Assembly (NCBI GenBank): GCA_038087875.1
Contig: CM075996.1
Coordinates: forward strand, 8,558,001-8,622,000
DNA from: Malacoraja senta
Lineage: Eukaryota
Length of the DNA stretch: 64,000 bases
Reading direction: 5' to 3'
Shown here: in pieces, positions 49,930 to 62,608 of the stretch
Layout: every line of letters starts with the position of its first letter
Numbering within the stretch: position 1 is the first letter of the stretch
Notes under the pieces: model-generated
What the model was told of the DNA's origin: nothing
The model's database searches: none
What the model saw: the letters and a program-made list of their open reading frames with translations, nothing else
Program-made: the position numbers and the translations under genes

Positions 49930-51890
49930 TGGTGTGTAGCGCACCTGTACTCATTTGGTGGCTACATTAAGTGTAGTTATTGCTGTGGGATAAAAACTGT
50001 TTTTGAGTCTGTTTGTCCTTGTCCTCATTGATCTGTACCGTCTGCCTGACGGCAGCAGTACAAACAGGGAGTGACCGGGGTGGAAAATGTCCTTTATGAT
50101 CTTCTTGGATTTTTTGAGACAGTGGGAACTGTGTAGGTCCTTCAAGGTGAGGAGAGGGCAGCCGATAATCTTCTGGGCGTTGTCAATTGCCCTCTGGAGC
50201 GCTTTCCTCTTAGCCGCTGTGCAGCTGGTGTACCACACGCATACACAGTATGTTAAGATGCTCTCAATTGAGCATCGATAAAAGGGATAGCTGCAGTCTC
50301 TGGGTGATGTTGTTCTTCCTGAGCACCCTCAGGAAGTACAGTCTCTGCTGGACCTTTTTCAGCAGCGCAGAGGTGTTCACGCTCCAAGTCAGGTCCTCCT
50401 CAATGTGGATTCCCAGGAAGCGGAAATCCGCCACCCTTTCCACACAGTCCTCATCGATGATTAGTGGTGTAATGTCCGTTTCCTTCTTCCTATAGTCAAT
50501 TATGAGCTCCTTGGTCTTTGAGGTGTTGAGGAGCAGGTTATTTTCTCCACACCACCCTGTCAGCTGCTCCACCTCATCCCTGTAGGCGTACTCATCCCCC
50601 CCAGAGATGAGCCCCACCACCGTGGTGTCATCCGCGAATTTGACAATGGTGTTACTGTGGTGGGCGGGGGTGCAGTCATATGTGTAGATGGTGTAAAGCA
50701 GGGGGCTCAGCACGCAGCCCTGTGGAGAGCAGGTACTGAGGCTGAGGGCCGTAGATGTGTGACGGCCCACTCTGACTCTCTGACTGCGACCCGACAGGAA
50801 GCTCTTTATCTACATGCAGGTGGAGTGTGGAAGTCCCAGGTCCCCCAGTTTGTCCACCAGTTTGTGGGGAAGGATGGTGTTAAAAGCAGAGCTGTAGTCC
50901 ACAAAGAGCATCCGCACGTAGCTCCCCCGCTGCTCCAGATGTGACAGTGCAGCATGGAGGGCTGTGGCTACAGCATCCTCTGTGGATCTATTCGCTCTAT
51001 ACGCAAACTGGTGGGGGTCAAAGCTTCGGGGCAGGAGTGATGTGATGTGACCCCGGACCAGTTTTTCAAAACACTTCATCACCACTGGTGTGAGTGCGAC
51101 TGGCCGGTAGTCGTTGAGACTGGAAATGTGGGGTTTTTTGGGCAAGGGGACTATGGTGGAGGACTTCAGACAGGATGGGACAGTGGACTGGGCCAGAGAC
51201 TGGTTGAAAATCCTCGTAAAGACTCCAGCCAGCTGGTCTGCGCAGTCCTTCAGCACGCGTCCAGAAACGCCGTCGGGTTCAGCAGCCTTCCTCGGATTAA
51301 TGGCCCGCAGCGTGCGCCTCACCTCATGCTCCTCTATTTTGAGGGATAAGCTGCTGTGGACCATGTGGTGTGATATGGCTGTCTCTGGTGGCTCCACTTC
51401 AAAGCGAGCAAAGAAGTGGTTCAGCTCCTCTGCCAGCGAGGCGTCACCTTCAGCAGCTCCAAGGTTGGTCTTGTAGTTGGTGAGATACTGGATCCCTGCC
51501 ACACCTGCTTGCTGTTGTTACTGTCCAGGTGGTCCTCTATCCTCCTACTGTAGTCTGATTTGGCCTCTCTGATGCCTGTCTTCAGGTTAGCTCGGGCCGT
51601 GCTGTACAAAGCCATATCGCCAGACCTAAAACGGTGTTTCTCTCTTTTAACAGCCGCTGGACCTCCCTGGTCATCCAGGGCTTCTGGTTGGGGTAGACCT
51701 GGATGCGTTTGTCCACTGTGACAGTGTCCATGCAGTTTTTTAATGTAACATAGTACACTGTCTGTGAACACCTCCAGGTCCTGGTGTTCAAACACATCCC
51801 AGTTGGTCCTGTCGAAGCAGTCCTGCAGCTGCTGAGAGGCGCCATCAGGCCAAGTTGTGATGGTCTTTGTGATGGTAGGAGCAGTTTGGA
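49930..51890 (-). mobile_element. Rex1/Babar non-LTR retrotransposon, 5'-truncated, frameshifted RT
   Basis: ORFs with LNDYRPVALTPVVMKCFEKLV, QFAYRANRST, PQGCVLSPLLY and KFADDTTVVGLI. Other Rex1 fragments at ~32025-32600 and ~40420-40820. Confidence 0.9.
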
Positions 51891-52770
51891 GCTGTTTCTG
51901 CTATTAAAATCTGTTGATGTTCACTGAGAAAATCACATTGTTTGTGAAGTAAGGGTATGGGCTGCCCAGATCAGCACTGGTTCAGCATCCTCCAGCTGTT
52001 CCATGCACAGTGCTTCTCTCTCTCTCTCTCTCTCTCTCTCTGCTGCCATCTGCTTAAATCTGGTTATTTACACTCCCCCTCACCTCTCCTCCTCACCCTC
52101 ATTGACTGTCCCTCATCCTTCCTCACCCCCTCCTCCTGTCCCTCTTCCCTCAGTATTTCATAAACCTCTCCTTATTCCTCATCCGAACATCAACCATCCT
52201 CCTCACCCTTTGATCTACCTCTCAACCTTCCTCCTGCCCTCTGTCCCATCAGCTCCCCCCCCCCATCCTCATGCCCAACATCTCTCAGCCTGCCCCACAT
52301 CCCTCCTCATCCACTTGACCCTTACCTCTCCTGTCCCCCACCTTCCTCCTCCTGTCACACACACTCTTCCTCAGCACTCCTCCAACCCTTCGCCTCCTAC
52401 CCCATTCTGCCCCTCCCCCATCCCTCACCCCCCGCCCGTCACCCACCGCCTCCCCCCATCCCTCATCCCCTGCCCCTTATCCCCCGACCCCTCACCCTTC
52501 TGTCCCTCTCTCCCATCCGTCCCTCACCCTCCCTCATCCCTGGGTCCCTCATCCCCCCCCCTCCTCCTTCTGCCCCTCTTCTCGCCCCTCACCCACTCCT
52601 GTCCCCTCAACCCCCAATTCCTCACCTCCCCTCCTCACCTCCTCCCTCTCTCCCCCTCCCTCTCATCTCCCTCTCCCCCCTCCTCACCCATCTCCCCCCC
52701 TCCTCACCCCCCCTCTCTCTCCCCCCCTCCTTCCCCTCCCTCCCTCTCATCTCCCCCCTCCCTCTCTCAC

Positions 52771-52861
52771 CCCTCAGCGCATCCACGGTCTCTCTGGTGT
52801 ACGGGGCTTTGGCGCAGTTCGAGAACCCGCCGCCGGTTTGCATCTGCTGCCGGCTGGACAT
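52771..52861 (-). CDS. C22orf23: C22orf23/EVG1 (UPF0193) coding exon 1: MSSRQQMQTGGGFSNCAKAPYTRETVDALR(E)
   Basis: ATG at 52861 in a GC-rich island; gtgag donor; 91 nt, phase 1; joins the next exon in frame. Confidence 0.88.
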
Positions 52862-52904
52862 TGCCGCCGCTCGGCCCCTCGGCCCAGTCTGTCCCGCCCG
52901 AGGC

Positions 52905-53005
52905 CCTGGCCGTTGCCGTGGCAACGCGACGCCGCCTGCGGGGGCGGGGCCGGGAGGGCGATACCACCAGCGGCGCGGGGTTGGGGGCGCGGGCCGTACC
53001 AATCG
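52905..53005 (-). promoter_or_regulatory. C22orf23 proximal promoter: RFX X-box (GTTGCCGTGGCAAC, 52912-52925), GC box (GGGGCGGGGC, ~52941-52950), CCAAT (~52999-53003)
   Basis: Near-perfect palindromic X-box about 50 nt upstream of the ATG, in a CpG-rich segment. Confidence 0.75.
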
Positions 53006-55496
53006 CACTGCCAGTGTGGGGGTGCACTGCCACTGCATCCAGTGCAAGGGGGAGGGGGAGAGGGAGAGGGGCACCCAATCCACTGGATCTAATGGTGGGA
53101 TCAAGGCGACAACCCAACCTGGGTCCAGTGCAGGGCAGGATATCAGCCCATCCACTGGACCAAGACTGGGTCAGGCCAGCAGTCCATGCACTGGATCCAG
53201 TGTAGGTGGTCTGGAATAACCAGTGGCTGGGGAAAAAATCCTCCACAGTTAAAAATACCTGGGTGTAGCGGCAGATGAAAAGCTAACATAGTCATAGAGT
53301 CATACAGCGTGGAAACAGGCCCTTTAGCCCAACTTGCCCACACCATCTACACTAGTCTCACTAGCCTGCATTTGACCCACATCCCTCTAAACCTGTCCTA
53401 TCCATGTACTTGCCTAAATGTTTCATAAATGTTGCTATAGTCCCAGCCTCAACTACCTCCTCTGGCAGCTCCTTCCATACACCCACCACCCTTTGTGTGA
53501 AAAAGTTACCCCTCAGATTCCCATTAAATCTTTTCCCCTTAACCTTAAACATATGGGCTCTGGTTCTCAATTGCCCTATGCTGGGCAAGAGACTCTGTGC
53601 ATATACCCAATTTATTCCTCTCATGATTTTATACACCTCTATAGGATCACTGCTCATCCTCCTGCGTTCCAAGGAATAGTGTCCCAGCCTGCTCAACGTC
53701 TCCCTACAGCTCAGACCCTCGAGTCCTGGCAATATCCTTGTACATCTTCTCTGTACCCTTTCCAACTTGACAAATGTCCAGCTGGGAAAGGAGGATGAAC
53801 TTTAAATGCTGTTATTAATAGCCATCCACACAGTGAGAATGTCCTTCTGTCTCATTATGTTTTATATATGACTAGGTAATAGTGGGGTAACCTCCCTCGA
53901 TCCAATATGGGGAGAAGGGGCAGCTGAAGGCCCTAGATCCAGTGTGGTTTGCTACAGACATAGTCTCCTCCTCAAGGGCGACACAGTGGCGCAGCGATAG
54001 AGTTGCTGCCTTACAGCGCCAAAGATCCAAACTAAGGGTGCTGTACGTTCTCCCTGTGACTGCTAAGGTTTTCACCGGATGATCCGGTTTCTCCCACAAA
54101 CGTACAGGTTTGTAGGCTAATTGGCTTCGGTAAAATTGTAAATTGTCCCTAGTGTGTGTAGGATAGTGTTAGGATGCAGGGAGAGCTGTGTGGCGTGGCC
54201 TTGGCGAACCAAAGGGCCTGTTTCCATGCTGTATCTCGAAAACTAACCCACTCCAGCATTAGCAGATGCAGTCTCTTCGGATACGATGTGTGGGTGTTGA
54301 GCACGATTTGCTTATTCTGGTAAGCAAGCTCAGCTCCATAGGTCCAGTGAAGGATAATGGGATGGCAGATGCATCCCACCTGGGTTCACTGTAGTGTTTA
54401 AAGGGCAGAAAGGTTACCATTTGGGTCCACTGAAGGATCATATGGTGGTGAATGCAACCAATGAGTCCAATGCATAACAAGTAACCTTACACCCCCCTCC
54501 CCCCTCCCAAACTTCACTGCAAGGAAGCACATGCACCCCACCAAATCCAATGCAGGGTTGTCTGTTTTGAATGACAATAAAAGGCATTCTATTCTATTCT
54601 ATTCTCTAGGGTAGAAGGACACAAATGCTGGAGTAACTCAACGGGCCAGACAGCATCTCTGGAGAAAAAGAATAGGTGATGTTTTGGGTCGAGACCCTTC
54701 TTCGGGCTGAGAGTCAGGGGAGAGGGAAACTAGAGATATGAAAAGGTTTCGAACAAATCAGAGCCGGCACCGAAGACCAAGGATAGAGCCCACAATGGTC
54801 CATTATTGCCTGTGGAAGAAGTGAAAACGAATGGGTATATGGATGAAAACATTGGAACTAGCAGGGCGACTAGGGTAGGGGCAGAGAGTGAGGGTTACTT
54901 GAAATTAGAGATATCAACATTCTTACCGCTGGGTTTTAAGTTTATAGGGGCAGGTATGGAGCCCTCAATGACAGGTGATACGGTAACAGGTATTCTGGGC
55001 CTTGATGTGCCAGATGTGGCCTCTCTACCAACTCTCCCTGGATCCACGAGGGACGATTCTGGGCCTTGATGTGCTGGATGAGGCCTCTCTACCAACTCTC
55101 CCTGGATCCACGAGGGACGAGTATCATTATGTTGTTTCTGGGATATTGGCTCAGGGGGCATGTCAGCATTTACTCCCTTCCAACTGTCAACAAGAACGTA
55201 GAGAGCTGTCTTTCCGAACCACTGCGGCATTTTGGGTGCAGGTGCTCCCAGTGCCATTGGGGCGGGTGTTCCAGGATGTAGGAATGGTGATGTATTTTCC
55301 ACGCAGGAAGGTGTGAGGCTCGGGAGAGAGCCTGCAGGCAGTGGTGTCTCTGAAGCCGATACCCTTGATGGAAAGGCTTGCAGGATTGGAATGCCTAGAA
55401 GGCAGTGCCGTGTAGTCAGTGCACTTTGTCGAAGCAAGGAACTGCAGATGCTGGTTTACAAAAAAAACTGCTGGAGTAAATCAACGGGCCAGGCAG

Positions 55497-55696
55497 NNNN
55501 NNNNNNNNNNNNNNNNNNNNNNNNNNNNNNNNNNNNNNNNNNNNNNNNNNNNNNNNNNNNNNNNNNNNNNNNNNNNNNNNNNNNNNNNNNNNNNNNNNNN
55601 NNNNNNNNNNNNNNNNNNNNNNNNNNNNNNNNNNNNNNNNNNNNNNNNNNNNNNNNNNNNNNNNNNNNNNNNNNNNNNNNNNNNNNNNNNNNNNNN
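55497..55696. other. Assembly gap (200 N)
   Basis: Run of N. Confidence 1.
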
Positions 55697-57309
55697 GTGC
55701 TTGGTCCATATTCCTCCAAACCTGTCCTATCCATGTACCTATCTAACTGTTTCTTAAACGTTGGGATAGTCCCTGCCTCAACTACCTCCTCTGGCAGCTT
55801 GTTCCATACACCCACCACCCTTTGACAGTCGGAAAGTTACCCCTCGGATTCCTATTAAATCTTTTCCCTTTCAACTTGAACCTATGTCCTCTGGTCCTCG
55901 ATTCCCCTACACTGGGCAAGAGACTCTGTGCATCTACCGGATCTATTCCGCTCATGATTTTATCCACCTCTATAAGATCACCCCTCATCCTCCTGCGCTA
56001 CAAGGAATAGAGACCCAGCCTACTCAACCTCTCCCTATAGCTCACCCCCTCTTGTCCTGGCAACAACGTGGCACTGATAGAAGGTACATATTTGTACCTT
56101 CTCCTTGTGTCCATATTTTGTAGCAGATACGTTTAGTTTAAAGATACAACGTGGAAACAGGCCCTTTGGCCCATGGAGTCCATGCCGCCCAGCGATCACC
56201 CTGTACACTAGTTCTGTCCTACACACTAGGGACAAATTTACAGAGGCCAATTGACCTACAAACCTGCACGCCTTTCGGATATGGGAGGAAAGCGGAGCAC
56301 CTGGAGCTAACCCACGCGGTCACGGGGAGAACGTGCAAACCCCGTGCGGACAGCACCCGTACTCGGGATCGAACCCGGGTCTCTGGTGCTGTGAAGCAGC
56401 AACTTTACCTCTGCACCACTGTGCCACCCTAAAGGCACTCATTACCCAACACCTGAATCACACAGGAGGTTTATACATGCTGACAGCAAACCATATCCCA
56501 CTATCATAGACAGTACAGCACAGGAACAGGCCATTCGGTCCATAATAACATGCAGAACATGACGCTAAATGAAACTAATCTCCTCTGTCTGCATGTGATC
56601 CATACCCCTCTACTCTCTGCATAACCATGCGTCTATCGAAAAGCCTCTTCAATGCCACTATCATTTAGTGCCTCCACCACCACTATCTCTGCAGCGTGTT
56701 CCAGGGACCCATCACAATGTAAAATATCTTGCCCTGAACGAACCCATTAAATGCTCCTCCTCTCATCTTAAAGCCACACTTTCTTGTCTTTGGCATTTCC
56801 ACCCTGGGGAAAAAGGTTCCCACTGTCCACCCCAGCTACGCCTCTCACATCTTAGATACTCCTAACAGGTCTCCCTCAAACCCCAATGTTCCAGAAAATA
56901 ACAGTCCACAACATTAGCTAGAAGGAGAGAAAGACACAAAATGCTGGTGTAACTCAGCAGGTCAGGCAGCATCTCTGGAGAGAAGGAATAGTTATTTTTC
57001 TCTTCCTTCATTCTGAAGAAGGGTTCTGACCCGAAACATCACGCATTCCTTTTCTCCAGAGATGCTGCCTGTCCTGCTGAGTTACTCCAGCATCTTCTGT
57101 ATAAACCAGTATCTGCAGTTCCTTCCCGCACAGCGTAAGGACAGGTTGAACAAACTTGGATTGTTTTCTCTGGAGCATCGGAGGCTGAGTAGAGACATGA
57201 TCGACGTATATGAAATTATCGGAGGCTAGATAAGGAATGGGTGATGTTTCGAGTCGAGACCCTTCTTCAGACCCCGTCCATGTTCTCCAGAGATGCTGTC
57301 TGACCTGCT

Positions 57310-58330
57310 AAATTCCTCCTTCTACGCCGCATCTGCACCCAGGATGAGGTGTTCCAGACCAGGGCATCAGAGATGTCCTCATTCTTTAGGGAACGGGGGT
57401 TCCCCTCTTCAACTATAGATGAGGCTCCCCTCTTCAACTATAGATGTATCCCACAGCTCCGCTCTTACTTCCCATCCCCCTACTCGTAACAAGGACAAAG
57501 CCCCCCTTGTCCTCACATTCCACCCCATCAGCCATCGCATACAACATATAATCTTCCGACATTTTCGCCACCTCCAACGGGATCCCACCATTGGCCACAT
57601 CTTCCCATCTCCCCCCCTTTCTGCTTTCCGTAGAGACCGTTCCCTCTGAAACTTCCTCGTCAATTCGTCCCTTCCCACCCAAACCACCCCCTCTCCGGGC
57701 ACTTTCCCATGCAACTGCAGGAAATGCTACACTTGTCGCTTTACCTCCCCCCTCGACTCCATGCAAGGGCCCAAGCAGTCTTTCAAGGTGAGGCAAAGGT
57801 TCACCTGCACCACCTCCAACCTTATCTATTGCATCCACTGTTTCAGGTGTCAACTTCTCTACATCGGCGAGACCAAGCGCAGACTCGGTGATCGCTTCGC
57901 CCAACACCTCCGCTCAGTTCGCACTAACCAACCTGATCTCCCGGTGGCTCAGCACTTCAACTCCCCCTCCCATTCCGAATCTGACCTTTCTGTCCTGGGC
58001 CTCCTCCACGGCCAGAGTGAGTTCCAGCGCAAATTGGAGGAACAGCACCTCATATTTCGCTTGGGTAGTTTACACCCCAGCGGTATGAACATTGACTTCT
58101 CTAACTTCAGATAGTTCTTGCTTTCTCCCTCCTTCCCCTCCCCAGCTCTCCCACAAGCCTACTGTCTCCACCTCTTCCTTTCTTTCTCCCGCCCCCCCCC
58201 GACATCAGTCTGAAGAAGGGTCTCGACCCGAAACCTCACCTATTCCTTCTTTCCATAGATACCGCCTCACCCGCGGAGTTCCTCCAGCATTTTTGTCTAC
58301 CTTCGATTTTTCCAGCATCTGCAGTTCTTC
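57310..58330 (+). mobile_element. Penelope-like element 3' part with GIY-YIG endonuclease and hammerhead-bearing terminal repeat
   Basis: ORF 57761-58114 NLIYCIHC..CQLLYIGETKRRLGDRFAQH...HFN; followed by CTGAAGA...GAAAC. Shorter copies at ~4263-4782, ~26006-26454, ~43566-44070 and ~46998-47485. Confidence 0.88.
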
Positions 58331-58497
58331 TGAATTATTCTGATACTTTGTGTATTAACCAGCATCAGCAGTTTCTGCAATAAGCCCAATATTCTATGCG
58401 GGTAGCTCATGGGTGATAGATAGGTTTATGCTTCACCATGCTGTACCCCCTCACTGTCCCCCCCACCAGAACCTCATTTATTCTACGCGTTACCTAC

Positions 58498-58612
58498 CGC
58501 TGTCTGTCTTCATCCAAGCTGTTGATGATGGCGTTTCTTTGTTCGATGACCGTGATCAACTCCTGCATCAGCTCTGCGTCCCGGCCCCGATCCTCATCTG
58601 TCCAGTCTTTCT
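58498..58612 (-). CDS. MICALL1: MICALL1 exon: (E)[37 protein letters not shown](R)
   Basis: ctgcag acceptor, gtaggt donor; 115 nt. Terminal exons were not found before the gap. Confidence 0.92.
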
Positions 58613-59243
58613 CTGCAGGGACACACACATACGGCAGTGATCAGCCTGAGGGGCCCCGAGGCTGTGGTCGGCTTGCCCATGGTCAGTGATCAGTCTGAGG
58701 AGGTCGCCACAGTGGCACAACGCTGAGTTGCTGCCTTACAGTGCCAGAGACCCGGGTTGGATCCTGACCACGGGTGCTGTTTGTATGGAGTTTGCACGTT
58801 CACCCCGTGACCTGCGTTGGTTTTCCCGGTTTCCACCCACACTCCAAAGACGCACAGGTCTGCAGGTTAATTTGGCTTCGGTAACAATTGTAAGTTGTCC
58901 CCTAGTGTGTAGGGTAGTGTTGGTATGCGGGGATCGCTGGTTGGTGCGGACTGGGTGGGCCGAAGGGCCTGATTCCGCGCTGTACCCCTAAAGTCTAAAG
59001 TAAAGTCTAAATCAGCATGAGGAGGCTGGGACTGTGATCATGTGGTCCTGATCAGCATGTGGTGATCAATGATCAGCGTGTGGAAGTTGGGGCAGTGGTT
59101 GGTAGATCTGGGCCAGTGATCAGTCTGAGGAGGCTGGGGCTGCAATCGGGCAGTTCTGATCAGCGTGAGAGGATCAGTGATCAGCGTGAAGAGGATGGGC
59201 CGTGGTCAGCAAGACCTGGGGTCATCATGCAGCAGACACTGAC

Positions 59244-59317
59244 CTGGTTTGTTAAGAAGACAGCGCAGTTCATACTCCACGTCAGCCTGCCGCTCCTCCA
59301 GATTTTGCTGCTTAAAG
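59244..59317 (-). CDS. MICALL1: MICALL1 exon: [24 protein letters not shown]
   Basis: gtcagt donor and clear peptide match. No AG at the expected acceptor, so the exon's 5' boundary is uncertain. Confidence 0.85.
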
Positions 59318-59469
59318 AGGATTGAGACAGGAATCAGATTACCCTGGATGTCAGACTGAGGGGCAGCACAGAGAGCAAGGCTCTCTCAGGCCACGTCTAC
59401 TAGAAGAGTCAACAAACAGCCCTGGTCAAACTATAACATTAGATCGCTTTGTAATTCAACAGGGAGTGT

Positions 59470-59920
59470 GTGAGGAGGAGGAGAAGGGGTGGGGGAGGAG
59501 AGAAGAGGGTGGCAGAGAGGAGGAGGGTGGCAGATAAGAGGAGGGGGGCATAGAGGAGAGGGAGCAGAGAGGAGAGGGGGGCAGAGAGGAGAGGAGCAGA
59601 GAGGAGAGGGGGGCAGAGAGGAGGGGGAGCAGAGAGGAGGGGAGCAGAGAGGAGAGGGGGGGGCAGAGAGGAGAGGGGGGGCAGAGAGGAGAGGGGGGGG
59701 CAGAGAGGAGGGGGAGCAGAGAGGAGAGGGGGGGGGGCAGAGAGGAGGGGAGCAGAGAGGAGAGGGGGGGGGGCAGAGAGGAGGGGGAGCAGAGAGGAGA
59801 GGGGGGGGCAGAGAGGGAGACGGGGGGCAGAGGGGAGGGGGGGCAGAGAGGAGAGAGGGGCAGAGAGAACGAGGGGGAGCAGAGGGGAGGGGGGAGCAGA
59901 GAGGAGAGGGGGGGGGGAAA
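59470..59920. repeat. Purine-rich (GCAGAGAGGAGAGGGGG)-type tandem repeat
   Basis: Direct inspection. Confidence 0.9.
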
Positions 59921-60014
59921 GGCCAGCTGTAGAGGGGACACAGATACCGTTCAGTCAGACGCGCTGCAGGGCAGGAGGTACTGAACACCACACAGACAAA
60001 CGCAAAGCACTCAC

Positions 60015-60106
60015 GTGTAGACCAGTCTCGGACTCACGGCGAACCAGCAAGTGCTTCTCATGGATCAGTTTGAACCAGTCGACCAGAAGATCATCTTCGT
60101 CGTCAT
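60015..60106 (-). CDS. MICALL1: MICALL1 exon: [29 protein letters not shown] (1 extra base at ~60026)
   Basis: ctccag acceptor, gtgagt donor; [19 protein letters not shown] motif. Confidence 0.88.
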
Positions 60107-60156
60107 CTGGAGATGAAAATGTGAACCGCATGTTGACAGGTGACGTGACACAGCCT

Positions 60157-60196
<40 letters not shown>

Positions 60197-60991
60197 ACTC
60201 TCGCTCCCTCTCTCATCAAGAGTATTTTATTGTCATATGTCCCAGATAGAAAAGTGAAATTCTTACTTGCAGCAGCACCACAGAATATGTAAACATAGTC
60301 GGTAGACACAAATGCTGGAGCAACTCAGCGGGTGAGGCAGCATCTAGGGAAAGATGGAATGGGCGACGTTCTTTCCTTCTCTCCAGAGATGCTGCCTCAC
60401 CCGCTGAGTTACTCCAACATTTTGTGTCTACCTTTGATTTTACCAGCATCTGCAGTTCTTTCTTCCACATATGTAAACATAGTACAATGTAAACATAAAC
60501 GAGAGAAAAAAAAGGTTCAGCGTATAAGATCATAAGGAATAGGAGTAGAATTAAGCCATTTGGCCCATCAAGTCCACTCCGCCATTCAATCATGGCTGAT
60601 CTATCTCTCTCCCCCCTAACCGCATTCTCCTGCCTTCTCCCCATAACCTCTGACACCCGTACTAATCACGAATCTATCTATCTCTGCCTTAGAAATATCC
60701 ACTGACGGCCTCCATAGCCTTCTGTGGCAAAGAATTCCACAGATTCACCACCTCTGGCTAAAGAAATTCCTCCTCATCTCCTTCTAAAAGAACATCCTTT
60801 AATTCTGAAGCTGTGACCTCTGGTCCTAGACCTTCCACTAGTGGAAAACATCCTCTCCACATTCACTCTATCCAAGTCTTTCAATGAATGTACATATACA
60901 CGTATTCACAAATACCCATATATATAGATCAGATATTATCAAAGGTGCAATTATAGTAGGGATTGCAATATCAAGTCCTGTAATATTAACA

Positions 60992-61025
<34 letters not shown>

Positions 61026-61560
61026 CGCACATATGTACACACGATAAACAGCGAACAATTCTCCGTGCCTCCCCCACCCTAGTTCTCCACCTTGTGTCAC
61101 TTGATTAACTTGTGCAGGAGCTCCCACTGAGTTACTCCAGCTTTCTGTGTCTAACTCTTGATTAACTTTCCTGTTTGTAGGCCTCGTTGTCACCTTCCCC
61201 TCAGCCAACAATGTTACTCCAGCACGTTGGGTCACTCTGAGGAACACACATACAGTATCTGGTGTAGGCCTGTGGAAAGGGCTGGGGACGAGTGAACATG
61301 GGCACTCAATGGACTCCACCTTTCGGTTCAATTCCCTCACAAACAGAAAATTTTAAATCCAAGCCAGAGACCAGGGATTTGAACATGTAAATTCACGGCG
61401 TCATCTCCAGACTGACATAAACACTGGAAGGCATCTGCGGAGATTAAACCGAGGCCCTGTCCACTTGCCCGGGCGACAGTCATTGAACAGTAGGAGTTAT
61501 CCCACTATACGCTCAATGCAGATCCCTCATCCACAGTCAGCTAAAGGTCTGGTCATCGTA

Positions 61561-62366
61561 AGGCTGGGCATGGAGCTTGGCACCCAGGAACAGGCTGGGC
61601 ATGGGAGCTTGGCACCCAGGAACAGGCTGGGCATGGGAGTTTGGCACCCAGGAACAGACTGGGCATGGGGAGTTGGCACCCAGGAACAGGCTGGGCATGG
61701 GGGTTTGGCACCCAGGAACAGGCTGGGCATGGGAAGTTGGCACCCAGGAACAGACTGGGCATGGGAAGTTGGCACCCAGGAACAGGCTGGGCATGGGAAG
61801 TTGGCACCCAGGACCAGGCTGGGCATGGGAAGTTGGCACCTAGGAACAGGCTGGGCATGGGGAGTTGGCACCTAGGAACAGGCTGGGCATGGGAAGTTGG
61901 CACCCAGGAACAGGCTGGGCATGGGGAGCTTGGCACCCAGGAACAGGCTGGGCATGGGGAGTTTGGCACCCAGGAACTGGCTGGGCATGGAGCTTGGCAC
62001 CCAGGAACAGGCTGGGCATGGGAAGTTGGCACCCAGGAACAGGCTGAGCATGGGGAGTTTGGCACCCAGGAACTGGCTGGGCATGGGAGCTTGGCACCCA
62101 GGAACAGGCTGGGCATGGGGAGTTGGCACCCAGGAACAGGCTGGGCATGGGAAGTTGGCACCCAGGAACAGGCTGGCATGGGGAGTTTGGCACCCAGAAA
62201 CTGGCTGGGCATGGGAGCTTGGCACCCAGGAACAGACTGGGCATGGGAAGTTGGCACCCAGGAACAGGCTGGGCATGGGGAGTTTGGCACCCAGGAACTG
62301 GCTGGGCATGGGAGCTTGGCACCCAGGAACTGGCTGGGCATGGGAGCTTGGCACCCAGGAACAGGC
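61561..62366. repeat. ~32-bp minisatellite (GGCACCCAGGAACAGGCTGGGCATGGGAAGTT), about 25 copies
   Basis: Tandem units with small indels; source of many repetitive ORFs. Confidence 0.95.
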
Positions 62367-62480
62367 TTGCCCGTTTCCTGTACTTCAACAAACTGTAACT
62401 TCTGGTGAATTCCGAGGCTGCCCTTCACCCCGAGTCCTTCAGCCCACGCTCCCGGCCCTGCGAGTGTTTGCTGAACTCAC

Positions 62481-62608
62481 CGTTTTCACAGTTGCGGAGT
62501 TTTCTCCTCCAGAGCCACCCCGCGGAATTCCAGCTCATCCAGCTGCTGCTCCAGGTTTTCCAGCTGCCCTTGGATACTCTCCTCAGGAATGTACTGGTCT
62601 GCGTGCAC
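62481..62608 (-). CDS. MICALL1: MICALL1 bMERB-domain exon: [42 protein letters not shown] (1-bp insertion in an A run)
   Basis: tttcag acceptor, gtgagt donor; 128 nt where 127 would keep frame; peptide matches MICAL-like 1. Confidence 0.85.

Noticed and set aside
52003..53205. 400-aa Pro/Ser-rich ORF on +
   Set aside because: Translation of a C/T-rich tract and the antisense of the C22orf23 first exon and promoter.
54895..55437. 180-aa ORF as a possible MICALL1 terminal exon
   Set aside because: No resemblance to the MICALL1 C-terminus; includes a 64-bp tandem duplication and Penelope-derived sequence.
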